A stretch of 35,811 nucleotides of DNA, taken from Gemmatimonadota bacterium. GTDB taxonomy: Bacteria > Gemmatimonadota > Gemmatimonadetes > Palauibacterales > Palauibacteraceae. The notes beneath the pieces were generated by a model. It saw nothing but the letters and a program-made list of their open reading frames with translations. It was not told the DNA's origin and ran no database searches. A program made the position numbers and the translations under genes. Position 1 is the first letter of the stretch. Each line of letters opens with the position of its first letter. Below are positions 1-9,675 of the stretch, one piece after another. The stretch covers positions 29,997-65,807 of the forward strand of contig JBDHAC010000034.1 of assembly GCA_039588275.1 (NCBI GenBank). The letters are read 5' to 3'.

Positions 1-1579
<1,579 letters not shown>

Positions 1580-1606
1580 GGTGCCTCGGCGAGTGCGACA
1601 CGCAGA

Positions 1607-1635
1607 GGGTGGCGAATTGCCGGGTGGCGAAATGC
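1607..1635. repeat. Tandem 14-bp direct repeat GGGTGGCGAA(T/A)TGC x2
   Basis: Copies at 1607-1620 and 1622-1635 with one mismatch, in the ahcY-DUF151 intergenic region. Confidence 0.7.
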
Positions 1636-1664
1636 TAGTGAAGCCTGCGGAGCACTAGAGCTAC

Positions 1665-2207
1665 ATGGATCATGGCATGATGGAGGTCACGGTCGCGAGC
1701 CTCGGGCTGGACAAGACATCCAGCACCCCGGTCGTGATTCTCAAGGAAAAGGACGGTGAGCGCCTGTTGCCGATCTGGATCGGTCCGGGTGAGGCCTCCG
1801 CCATCGCCATGGAACTGGCCGGAATTCACTTCGCGCGTCCCCTCACACATGATCTGTTCACGGCCGTGGTCCGAGGACTCGGGAGCTCACTGGTCCGCGT
1901 CCTCATCACGAAGGTCATCGACAACACCTACTACGCATCGCTGGTGTTCAGCCGGAACGGTGAGTTCATCTCGATCGACTCGCGACCCAGCGACAGCATC
2001 GCGCTCGCCCTCAGGGCCGAGGCCCCGATCTTCGCCGACGAGAATCTCCTCGAGCTCTCTGCGCTCGAGATCGAGGACGCCGACGTCGACGAAGCGGACG
2101 GGGAGCCGGTCCTGGAGATGGGTGAGCCGGACGACGGCCGAGAGGAGTCGCTGCAAGAGTACTTGAAGCGGCTTAACCCGGAGGACTTCGGACGTTTCAC
2201 GCCGTAG
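1665..2207 (+). CDS. Bifunctional nuclease family protein (DUF151/DNase-RNase)
   Basis: PVVILKE..GERLLPIWIGPGEASAI, RPLTHDL, IDSRPSDSIALALRA.API and an acidic C-terminus ending L..LNPEDFG. Start could be ATG 1677 or 1680. Confidence 0.92.
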   Translation: MDHGMMEVTVASLGLDKTSSTPVVILKEKDGERLLPIWIGPGEASAIAMELAGIHFARPLTHDLFTAVVRGLGSSLVRVLITKVIDNTYYASLVFSRNGEFISIDSRPSDSIALALRAEAPIFADENLLELSALEIEDADVDEADGEPVLEMGEPDDGREESLQEYLKRLNPEDFGRFTP

Positions 2208-2367
2208 CGGGCGACCCCTCCCTCACGACCCTGAATAGAGCCGACGGCCCTCAAGGCGGAGCAGCATTTGCGGTCGCCCGTTGGGGGGATTTCTCCGACG
2301 CGAAAAAAAGAGGTCGGGTTGCCACGCCTGGCTGCCCGAGACACTTTGCTTCGTCGTAGACATAGCA

Positions 2368-2559
2368 TGGACGGGTCGAACGGAAGTTCGGTGAGAAACC
2401 GACGCGGCCCCGCCACTGTGAGAGGTCCGGCGTAACCGCCGACTCCCCCGGGCACCAAGCCACTGGCGTGAGTATCCCGCCGGGAAGGCGCACCGGGAGA
2501 ACACCTCGAGCCAGGAGACGTACCCGTCCACAGCCCCATCGAGCTCTTCGCGGGAAGGG
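2368..2559 (+). promoter_or_regulatory. Cobalamin (B12) riboswitch with kissing-loop expression platform
   Basis: P1 TGGACGGGT(2368-2376)/ACCCGTCCA(2522-2530); core GGAAGTTCGGTGAGAAACCGACGCGGCCCCGCCACTGTGA; peripheral GCCACTGG...GGGAAGGC; B12 box GAGCCAGGAGAC. L5 CCCGC(2409-2413) is complementary to GCGGG(2550-2554) in a downstream hairpin. Lies upstream of Btu-type transport genes. Confidence 0.95.
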
Positions 2560-2624
2560 TGTGGGCGGGTCCAGCCTTTTCTGAGTCGGCCGACTCGACC
2601 CGATCCCTTCCGGGGAACGGTGCA

Positions 2625-3620
2625 GTGCATCAGCGAGACTCCAGCGCTCCCGCTTCACGCGCGAGGTGGATCGTCGCCGGCGGCGGTCTGTCGACGTTGG
2701 CGCTTGTCTTGGCCCTCGTCGGCGGCCTGGTCGAGTCGCCCGCGCAGCCGTCGCCCGCAGGTGGCGCGGGCGACGCGAGGCGCGCGGATGAGGCGCGTCG
2801 CGATGAGGCGCGTCGCATCGTGTCTCTCATCCCCGCCGCGACCGAGATCCTGTTCGCGATCGGGGCCGGCGACCGTCTGGTCGGACGGACCCGCTGGGGC
2901 GTCTACCCGGCTCCCGCCCGAGCTGTCCCCGACGTCGGTGACGGGGTTCGCCCGGCGCTCGAGTTGGTGGTGGCCCAACAGCCGGACCTCGTCATCCTGT
3001 ACGCGGGAGCCGAGAACGCGGGTGTCGCCGAGCGGCTGGGCGACCTCGGAATCTCCACGCTATCTCTCCACCACGACACGCTGGCGGACCTGGACCGCAA
3101 CATCCTCGCGCTCGGTGAGGCCACGGGGTGCTCCACCTCCGCCCGGCGCCTGCAGAGCCACATACGTGAGGCCTTGTCCCGCGTGACGGCATCGGTGAGG
3201 TCGCGCGATCGCGCGAGGGTCTACTACGACGTGTGGGCAGACCCACCGATCACGATCGGTCGTGGCAGCTATCTGGACGTGCTGATCCAGACAGCCGGGG
3301 GGTTGAACGTCTTCGGCGACCTGGTGGACCCCTCGCCGCAGGTCAGCCTCGAGGCCATCGTAGCGCGCGGGCCGGATGTGATCCTGCACCCGGTGTCCCG
3401 GCACGAACAGCGCTCGGCCCCCGAAGAGCGGCCCGGATGGACGATCGTCCCCGCCGTGGGCTCGGGGCGCGTGCACCGCATAGACGGGGATCTGGCGCAC
3501 CGGCTCGGGCCCCGCGTCGCCGAAGCCGCCCTGCAGATCGCCCGTGTCCTGCACCCGGACGCCTCGGACTTACGCGACCTGCCGGTCGACACCCCGGAGC
3601 AGGGACCCTGTCTCCGGTGA
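2625..3620 (+). CDS. btuF: Cobalamin ABC transporter substrate-binding protein (helical-backbone family)
   Basis: RIVSLIPAATEILFAIGAGDRLVG, P.LE.VVAQQPDLVI and HRLGPR, with a hydrophobic N-terminal anchor. Start uncertain: GTG 2625 (GGGGA 8 nt upstream) is preferred over GTG 2559. Confidence 0.85.
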   Translation: MHQRDSSAPASRARWIVAGGGLSTLALVLALVGGLVESPAQPSPAGGAGDARRADEARRDEARRIVSLIPAATEILFAIGAGDRLVGRTRWGVYPAPARAVPDVGDGVRPALELVVAQQPDLVILYAGAENAGVAERLGDLGISTLSLHHDTLADLDRNILALGEATGCSTSARRLQSHIREALSRVTASVRSRDRARVYYDVWADPPITIGRGSYLDVLIQTAGGLNVFGDLVDPSPQVSLEAIVARGPDVILHPVSRHEQRSAPEERPGWTIVPAVGSGRVHRIDGDLAHRLGPRVAEAALQIARVLHPDASDLRDLPVDTPEQGPCLR

Positions 3621-4606
3621 GCAGCAAGTCGATGGGGATCGCGACGCTCGCCGGGTTCTTGCTGCTGGCCGGAGTCTGTGGTCTGCTGCTCGGGGCTGCA
3701 CCGTTAACGCCCACGGCGGTGTGGAGCGCATTGACGGACCCCGGCGCCGATCCCGCCGCGCGCTCGATTCTCATCTCTCTCCGCTTGCCCCGAGTCGTCG
3801 CGGCCGCCCTGACCGGGGCGGCCCTGGCCGTTTCCGGTGCGTTGTTCCAGGCGTTGCTCCGCAACCCGCTCGCGGAACCCTACCTGCTCGGCGTGTCTTC
3901 GGGGGCCGCATTCGGCGCCGTCGGCGCACTTACCCTCGGCCTCCCCTGGCTGGGCCCCGCGGGACTGGCCGTGGCCGGTTTCGCCGGGGCGCTGCTCGCG
4001 ATCGCCATCGTGTTTCGGGTCGCCTACGCCGTCGGTCGACTCGACACTCACATCATGATCCTCGCCGGTGTCGTGGTCGCAGCGTTCTTCGGTGCGGGCG
4101 TCATGCTGCTGCTGACCATGGCGCGCGGTGAGGCCATGCGGGCCGCCGTCCTGTGGACGATGGGAAGCCTGAGCGGCGTGTCCTGGGACATGACCCTGGC
4201 GCTCGCCGGGTATACCGGGGTCTCTACGCTCGCCGCCCTCGCGCTCGCGCGGCATCTCAACGCGCTCGCGCTGGGCGAGGAAACTGCGGCTCACCTGGGA
4301 ACGCGCGTCGAGACCGTCAAGCGAGCCTCCTACCTGCTGGCGTCTTTGCTCGCCGCGGCCGCGGTCAGCGTAGCGGGTGTCATCGGGTTCATCGGCCTGG
4401 TGGTGCCACACGCCGTTCGCCTCGTCTGGGGGGCGGATCATCGGTACCTGATCCCGTTCTGCTTCCTGGCGGGTGGGGGCGTGCTGGTACTCGCGGACAC
4501 GCTCGCCCGAACCACCTTTCGTCCACTCGAGCTGCCTGTTGGGGTGGTAACGGCACTCCTGGGAGTGCCCCTGTTTCTCGTCCTGCTCCGGAGGCGACAT
4601 GCATGA
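3617..4606 (+). CDS. btuC: Cobalamin/FecCD-family ABC transporter permease
   Basis: LRLPRV, QALLRNPLAEPYLLGVSSGA, LGEETAAHLG, GVIGFIGLVVPH, ELPVGVVTALLG.P. GTG start overlaps the btuF stop (GTGA). Confidence 0.9.
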   Translation: MSSKSMGIATLAGFLLLAGVCGLLLGAAPLTPTAVWSALTDPGADPAARSILISLRLPRVVAAALTGAALAVSGALFQALLRNPLAEPYLLGVSSGAAFGAVGALTLGLPWLGPAGLAVAGFAGALLAIAIVFRVAYAVGRLDTHIMILAGVVVAAFFGAGVMLLLTMARGEAMRAAVLWTMGSLSGVSWDMTLALAGYTGVSTLAALALARHLNALALGEETAAHLGTRVETVKRASYLLASLLAAAAVSVAGVIGFIGLVVPHAVRLVWGADHRYLIPFCFLAGGGVLVLADTLARTTFRPLELPVGVVTALLGVPLFLVLLRRRHA

Positions 4607-5429
4607 GCCAACGCCCCTCTTAGAGCTGCGAGACGTGCGGTTCGCGTACCCACGGACCGGTGACGAAGCCGTGAGCGGCGTCACGTGCCACATTCAGGAG
4701 GGTCGCTGGACGGGTGTAGTGGGCCCGAACGGAGCAGGGAAGAGCACGCTCCTCCGTCTGCTTTCCGGCGTGCTGCGGCCGTCGGCGGGCGGGATCAGCC
4801 TTCGAGGTCGCGCGCTCGATGAATGGGGACGTCGAGAGCTCTCGAGAGACATGGCTGTCGTCGCTCAGGAGCCGCCGCTACACGTACCGCTGTCCGTGCG
4901 CGAGTTCGTAGAGCTCGGCCGCAACCCGTACGTACGTCCGTGGGCGTCGTTGGCGGCGGCGGACCACGAGGCCGTCGACGCAGCCCTGCGGCGCACAGAC
5001 ATGTGGGCCCTCGCCGGTCGCCAGTTGGCGCAGCTCTCCGGCGGAGAGGTACAGCGTGCGAAGCTCGCGCGGGCACTGGCCCAAGCCCCCAGCGTACTTC
5101 TGCTGGATGAGCCCACCGCGCATCTGGACTTCGGGCACGCGGTCCGCTTCTTCCAGCTCCTGCGGCGACTGGTGGGGGAGCGGGGGTGGACCGTCGTCTG
5201 CGTCACTCATGACCTGAATCTCGCCAGCCGCTACGCGGACTCGCTTCTACTCCTGGCGCGAGGGAAGCTGATCGCGCGCGGGGCACCTAGCTCGGTTCTG
5301 GAGCCCGACGCGCTGCGCCGGACGTACGGATGTCAGGTCCAGGTGGAGGACCTGGGCCAGCTCGGCCTGTTGGTCGTACCCGTGGCCGAGCCCGTCGCGT
5401 CAGGCCCGGGGAGGCGTCCGGAATGGTGA
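4599..5429 (+). CDS. btuD: Cobalamin/iron-chelate ABC transporter ATP-binding protein
   Basis: Walker A GPNGAGKST, signature LSGGE, Walker B LLLDEPTAHLD, H-loop HDLNLA. Confidence 0.88.
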   Translation: MHEPTPLLELRDVRFAYPRTGDEAVSGVTCHIQEGRWTGVVGPNGAGKSTLLRLLSGVLRPSAGGISLRGRALDEWGRRELSRDMAVVAQEPPLHVPLSVREFVELGRNPYVRPWASLAAADHEAVDAALRRTDMWALAGRQLAQLSGGEVQRAKLARALAQAPSVLLLDEPTAHLDFGHAVRFFQLLRRLVGERGWTVVCVTHDLNLASRYADSLLLLARGKLIARGAPSSVLEPDALRRTYGCQVQVEDLGQLGLLVVPVAEPVASGPGRRPEW

Positions 5430-7762
5430 GAGGCGAGCGGACCGCTCGCGCACCCGGACCGCGACGCGGGCGGGCAGCAGCGACTGTGGCCGGTCTATGC
5501 GCCCTGGTGCTCAACGTGGGGACCGCGGCGCAGGACGTGAGACGTGCCGTCCCTCTGCAGGGCAGAGCGGCTCAAACGCCTGCGGCCGTCGAGCTTCGAA
5601 TCCGACTGTGGGCTGGGGAGGGAGATACCCGTCAGCCGATTTCGGGCGCACGGGTCTGGCTACACCGAGCGGAGGGAACCCCCGGTTCGTCTCCCGCGAT
5701 CCGGGTCGTCGAGATGCGAGAGCCGGGCACGTACCACGCGGCCGTTGTGGAGGGCGGCACGTTCGAGTTGCGCCTCGGCGCGATCGGGTTCGCTCCCGAG
5801 ACGCGTCTGGTGCGCGCCGGCGATGCCGATGACGAACTCGACATTCACTTGCTCCCGGCGCCCGTTCCCGTACAAGAGCTGGTGGCCCGGGTCGAGGCTG
5901 AACGCCGCCCCGAGCGACAGGGCCACACGATCCACTACATCGAGCTCGGTGAGCGTGCCTCGCCGTCGACGACGCTCGCGGATTGGCTGGCCGGGCTCCC
6001 GGGGCTCGAGCTGCGTCGACGCGGTCAAGGTGGACCGCAAAGCGTCGCGATGCGGGGGAGCCGGCCCGAAGCGGTGCTGGTGATCCTGGATGGGATGCCG
6101 ATCAACGACCCCCTGACGGGCACGGCCGATCTGTCCGGCATCCCGACCCGCAGCCTCCAGTCGGCGACTGTGCTGCTCGGCGCCAACGCGGGCGGTGGTC
6201 CGGGAGCGACCGCGGGGCTGGTATCGTTGCGCACTCGATCCGCACCACGCGGCATGACGGCCGCCCTCACGGCCGGGTCATTCGGACGCGTTGGATTGGA
6301 CTTGGCCACCGGTTCGAGCGGGCGGTTGGGGACTCTGGGCGTCGGGGCGCGACTGCAACGATCCACGAACGACTACACGTTCGAGAACCGGGTCTCCCCG
6401 ACTCATCCACTGGAAAAGCGCAGGAACGCGGATCGGAAAGACGCGCACGTGACGGTCTCAGGCCGACTGCATGGCCTGCCGTTACGGGCCGTCGGGCGCA
6501 TCGACGCGGTGGATCGAGGCAGTCCGGGGCGTATGGGAACTCGGCTATTCGACGAAGCTCGTTGGCGCGAGGTGACGGGTCAGCTCACGTTGAGCGCCAA
6601 GAGCCGGGGCGGGTCCGAGCTGAGCGCCGGATACACCCATCGGCGACAGCGCTACACGGACCGTCGCATCGACCGTGAGGAGTCGTTGAGCGCCCGGCAG
6701 ATCCGGATGCAGGGTCGTTGGCGCCCCGGTCCATCATCCCCGTGGCTTCTCGCCGGCCTCGTCGGGAACGAGCGCGTCACTGGAGATCCCCTGGAGGGGC
6801 CGAGCGGGCGCTGGATGGCGGGCCTCACGGCCTCGAGAACGTTGGGCTCCCCGACGCTGGAGGTCACTCCGTCGCTCTCCGTCGATGTCGCCGGCGGCGA
6901 CCCGGCGGTGTCGCCGGCGCTGGCTGTCGGCAGTCGGTTCGCGGAGCGATGGCGGGCCTGGGCCCGCGCTGGCCAAGCATACCGAATCCCCACCTTCGCC
7001 GATCTGTATCTGGGCTCGAGCTATCAGGTGCGGCCGAATCCCGATCTACGTCCGGAACGCGTGGAGCTCGATGCCGAGATCGGTCTCGAGTGGAGCCAGG
7101 GGAGCCTTCGCGCCAGAGGCAGCGGGTTCCTCAGGCGGACCACCGATCCAATCGTCTGGCTGCCCAGTAGCACTGCGGTGTGGAGCGCACGAAATGCGGG
7201 GCGTCTGAGAGCGGCCGGAGCGGAGGCGGAGTTGAAGCTGTCACCGGCACCGGGATGGGACATCAGACTCACGGGTACCTGGATGCAGAGCCGGGTGCGT
7301 TTCGATGCGGATCGCGCGGCCCTTCCATATCAGCCCGAGTGGTCGGGCGGGGTGGCCATCGAGAGGACCTCCGGTGCGCGGCGTGCGCTCCTGCGGCTTC
7401 GATATACCGGTCCACGCCCGACCTCGCTCGCGGCGACGCACGAACTGCCCGCAACCGCACTCGTGGACATCGCCGCACGCCAGAACATGCACGTGGGCAA
7501 TGCCGACCTCGAGATCGAGCTGGGAATCCGGAATCTGCTCGATACGCGGTATGAGCTCGTCGAGCTTTTTCCTGAGCCGGGGAGACAGCTGACGGTTCGG
7601 GTCGGCATTCACGCACGACCGAGGCCCGGGTTGCCCTCTGATCGGCAGGCCGGGAACATGCACGAGGACGGCCCATCCTTCGATGCCGGGGAACCCACGC
7701 CGGACCCCGAGGTCCCGGCGGCCCGGCCTGATGGCGATCCGTCCGACATACCACTCTCATGA
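5423..7762 (+). CDS. TonB-dependent outer-membrane receptor (BtuB-like) with N-terminal carboxypeptidase-regulatory-like domain
   Basis: Signal peptide; plug motif LPGL...SVAMRGS....VLVILDGMPIND; barrel motifs YRIPTFADLY, NPDLRPE, IRNLLDTRY, PEPGR. Located in a B12-riboswitch operon. Start ATG 5423 overlaps the btuD end. Confidence 0.88.
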   Translation: MVRGERTARAPGPRRGRAAATVAGLCALVLNVGTAAQDVRRAVPLQGRAAQTPAAVELRIRLWAGEGDTRQPISGARVWLHRAEGTPGSSPAIRVVEMREPGTYHAAVVEGGTFELRLGAIGFAPETRLVRAGDADDELDIHLLPAPVPVQELVARVEAERRPERQGHTIHYIELGERASPSTTLADWLAGLPGLELRRRGQGGPQSVAMRGSRPEAVLVILDGMPINDPLTGTADLSGIPTRSLQSATVLLGANAGGGPGATAGLVSLRTRSAPRGMTAALTAGSFGRVGLDLATGSSGRLGTLGVGARLQRSTNDYTFENRVSPTHPLEKRRNADRKDAHVTVSGRLHGLPLRAVGRIDAVDRGSPGRMGTRLFDEARWREVTGQLTLSAKSRGGSELSAGYTHRRQRYTDRRIDREESLSARQIRMQGRWRPGPSSPWLLAGLVGNERVTGDPLEGPSGRWMAGLTASRTLGSPTLEVTPSLSVDVAGGDPAVSPALAVGSRFAERWRAWARAGQAYRIPTFADLYLGSSYQVRPNPDLRPERVELDAEIGLEWSQGSLRARGSGFLRRTTDPIVWLPSSTAVWSARNAGRLRAAGAEAELKLSPAPGWDIRLTGTWMQSRVRFDADRAALPYQPEWSGGVAIERTSGARRALLRLRYTGPRPTSLAATHELPATALVDIAARQNMHVGNADLEIELGIRNLLDTRYELVELFPEPGRQLTVRVGIHARPRPGLPSDRQAGNMHEDGPSFDAGEPTPDPEVPAARPDGDPSDIPLS

Positions 7763-8922
7763 GGAGGCGGAGGATGCACCGAACGTTGATTGGAGCGATG
7801 GCCCTGATCTTGGGACTGGGGGTGGTTACGGGGGCATGCAACGTGTCCACCGGCACGAACGGAAACGGGAACGGAAACGGACCTCCCATAACGGCCGAGA
7901 TCGTGGTGCTCAACTCGTTGAGCAAGACGATCTCGCGCCTCGTGGTACGCGGCGACGGGCTGGAGACGGCCGCCAGTCCCATCGTTCTGCCGGCGAATTT
8001 CGACGGCAACGCGATCGACGTGCTCGACGACGTCTGGGTCACGACGATCAGCGCAGCCGGTGGCAGCCAGGTTCTCTTCGGGAGCTTCGCCACGGGGGAG
8101 CAGCGCATCACGACGTTCCCCGGCGCGGAGGGAGCGCTGGCCGATCCCTCGAAGCCGAGCCTGGTGATCGACCTCGGAGGCACCGTCGGCGTGTTGGTGG
8201 GCACGCGCGGGAACAACTCCATCTATATCGCGTTTCCGGGATCGCCTGCCGCTCAGCTGCTGGCGGCAGACGTGGGCGAGTTCACGGAGCGCGTCATCCC
8301 CGTCGCCACGACGTTGCTCTCCATCGACGCGAACCTGGATGATGTCGGCGGTACGTTCCAGCCGTTGGGCGATCCTCGCATCGGACTCTACCTGTTCACC
8401 GACGGTTCGTTCTTCGACGAGATCCCGCTGACGGGAGCCGTCAACGCGAACGAGGCGCTCGTCCTTGGAGATGACGTCCTCGTGCTCGCCGGCGGCGGGT
8501 TCGGCCCGGCGCCCGACTTCGCACCTCTCGGCAATGGGCAATTGGTGCTCGCCAACGCCAGCGCGCGAGCGGTGATCACCTCCCTCTCTATCGGGGGCAA
8601 CGGCATTTCGTTGGAGCCAGGCCTGGACGGGTTCGTGTACGTGACGCGGACCACGGCGGGCGACTTCGAAGGCACGGACGTCCTGTCGTTCAACTTCCCG
8701 TTGCGGACCTTCGAACGGGGGCCGAGCAATCCCATTCGTCCGCGGGATGCCTCCGGCGCGGATCTGAATTGCTGGACCGCGACCGCCCTTGTCGACGGGC
8801 GGCTGTTGTGCGTCACGTTTTCCGCCGGGGCCAACGGCCGCCTCGCGTTGCTGAGCGAAGACGGCTCGTTCCTTGATGATATTCCGGTCGGGCAGGGGGC
8901 GACCGACATCGTCGTGCGCTGA
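7759..8922 (+). CDS. Lipoprotein, probable beta-propeller (YncE/BtuG-like)
   Basis: Lipobox VVTGA-C27 and an NG-repeat linker. N-terminal VLNSLSKTIS and C-terminal IPVGQGATDI resemble YVTN/YncE-type propeller blades. ATGA overlap with the TonB receptor. Confidence 0.65.
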   Translation: MRRRRMHRTLIGAMALILGLGVVTGACNVSTGTNGNGNGNGPPITAEIVVLNSLSKTISRLVVRGDGLETAASPIVLPANFDGNAIDVLDDVWVTTISAAGGSQVLFGSFATGEQRITTFPGAEGALADPSKPSLVIDLGGTVGVLVGTRGNNSIYIAFPGSPAAQLLAADVGEFTERVIPVATTLLSIDANLDDVGGTFQPLGDPRIGLYLFTDGSFFDEIPLTGAVNANEALVLGDDVLVLAGGGFGPAPDFAPLGNGQLVLANASARAVITSLSIGGNGISLEPGLDGFVYVTRTTAGDFEGTDVLSFNFPLRTFERGPSNPIRPRDASGADLNCWTATALVDGRLLCVTFSAGANGRLALLSEDGSFLDDIPVGQGATDIVVR

Positions 8923-8946
8923 GGCAGTCCCTTGATTCGAGGCTAG

Positions 8947-9675
8947 ATGGGAATAGTCACCACGCGGGCGGTCGTCCTTCAGACCTACCGGTACAGCGAC
9001 ACCAGCAAGATCCTACGGCTCATGACGCTGGAGCACGGTCCCTGTTCCGCCCTGGCTCGTGGGGCCCTTCGGCCGAAGAGCCGCTTCGGTGGCCTGCTCG
9101 AGCCGTTCTCGGAAGGTGACGTGACGCTGTACATGAAGGAGGGCCGTGACCTGCACGCGCTGTCCTCCTTCGAGCTCGTGCGCGAACGTCGAGCATTGGG
9201 GGTGAACCTCGGATCGTATACGGCGGCCAGCGTCATGTGTGAGCTGGTGATGCGGCTGGCGCCCGAGCACCGAGACGACCGATTGTACCGAACGCTGACC
9301 GATGGGTTGGACGCGCTGATGGCGGCGGACGCGGCGCGGAGCCGTACGGCGGGACTGCGCCAGATCTGGGCGCTCGTCGCGACCCTCGGCTTCCAGCCCG
9401 AGTTGGGCGTCTGCGTCGCGTGTGGACGCCCCATCGGCCGCGGACGCGCGCGCTTCGACTTCGAGGCCGGCGGACTGGGCTGCCTGGAATGTGCCCCCAC
9501 CGGCCCCACGATCGAGCCGAACGAGCTCGCCAGCCTTCGCGGGCTCGTGGAAGGCGGCCCGCTCGAGGTCGCTGTCGCGGGACCCCAGGGCCGGTGGCTG
9601 TCCGACTTCATTCGTTACCACATGGCGGAGGGCTCGCAGCTCCGATCTCTGCCGTTTCTCAGGCAACTCGCGTGA
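8947..9675 (+). CDS. recO: DNA repair protein RecO
   Basis: T.AVVL....YSDTSKI....T.EHG....ARGA.RPKSRFGG.LEPF, and Zn-finger LGFQPEL..CVACG...GG..C..C. Confidence 0.95.
   Translation: MGIVTTRAVVLQTYRYSDTSKILRLMTLEHGPCSALARGALRPKSRFGGLLEPFSEGDVTLYMKEGRDLHALSSFELVRERRALGVNLGSYTAASVMCELVMRLAPEHRDDRLYRTLTDGLDALMAADAARSRTAGLRQIWALVATLGFQPELGVCVACGRPIGRGRARFDFEAGGLGCLECAPTGPTIEPNELASLRGLVEGGPLEVAVAGPQGRWLSDFIRYHMAEGSQLRSLPFLRQLA

Noticed and set aside
2240..2270. SRP (4.5S) or 6S RNA in the DUF151-riboswitch gap (AGCAGC motif)
   Set aside because: Lacks the CAGG-stem-GNRA domain IV geometry of SRP and is too short for 6S; kept only as an unexplained structure.
2787..2816. Perfect 15-nt tandem repeat GATGAGGCGCGTCGC x2 in btuF
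   Set aside because: In-frame linker duplication (DEARR x2); two copies without spacers, so not CRISPR or a phase-variation tract.
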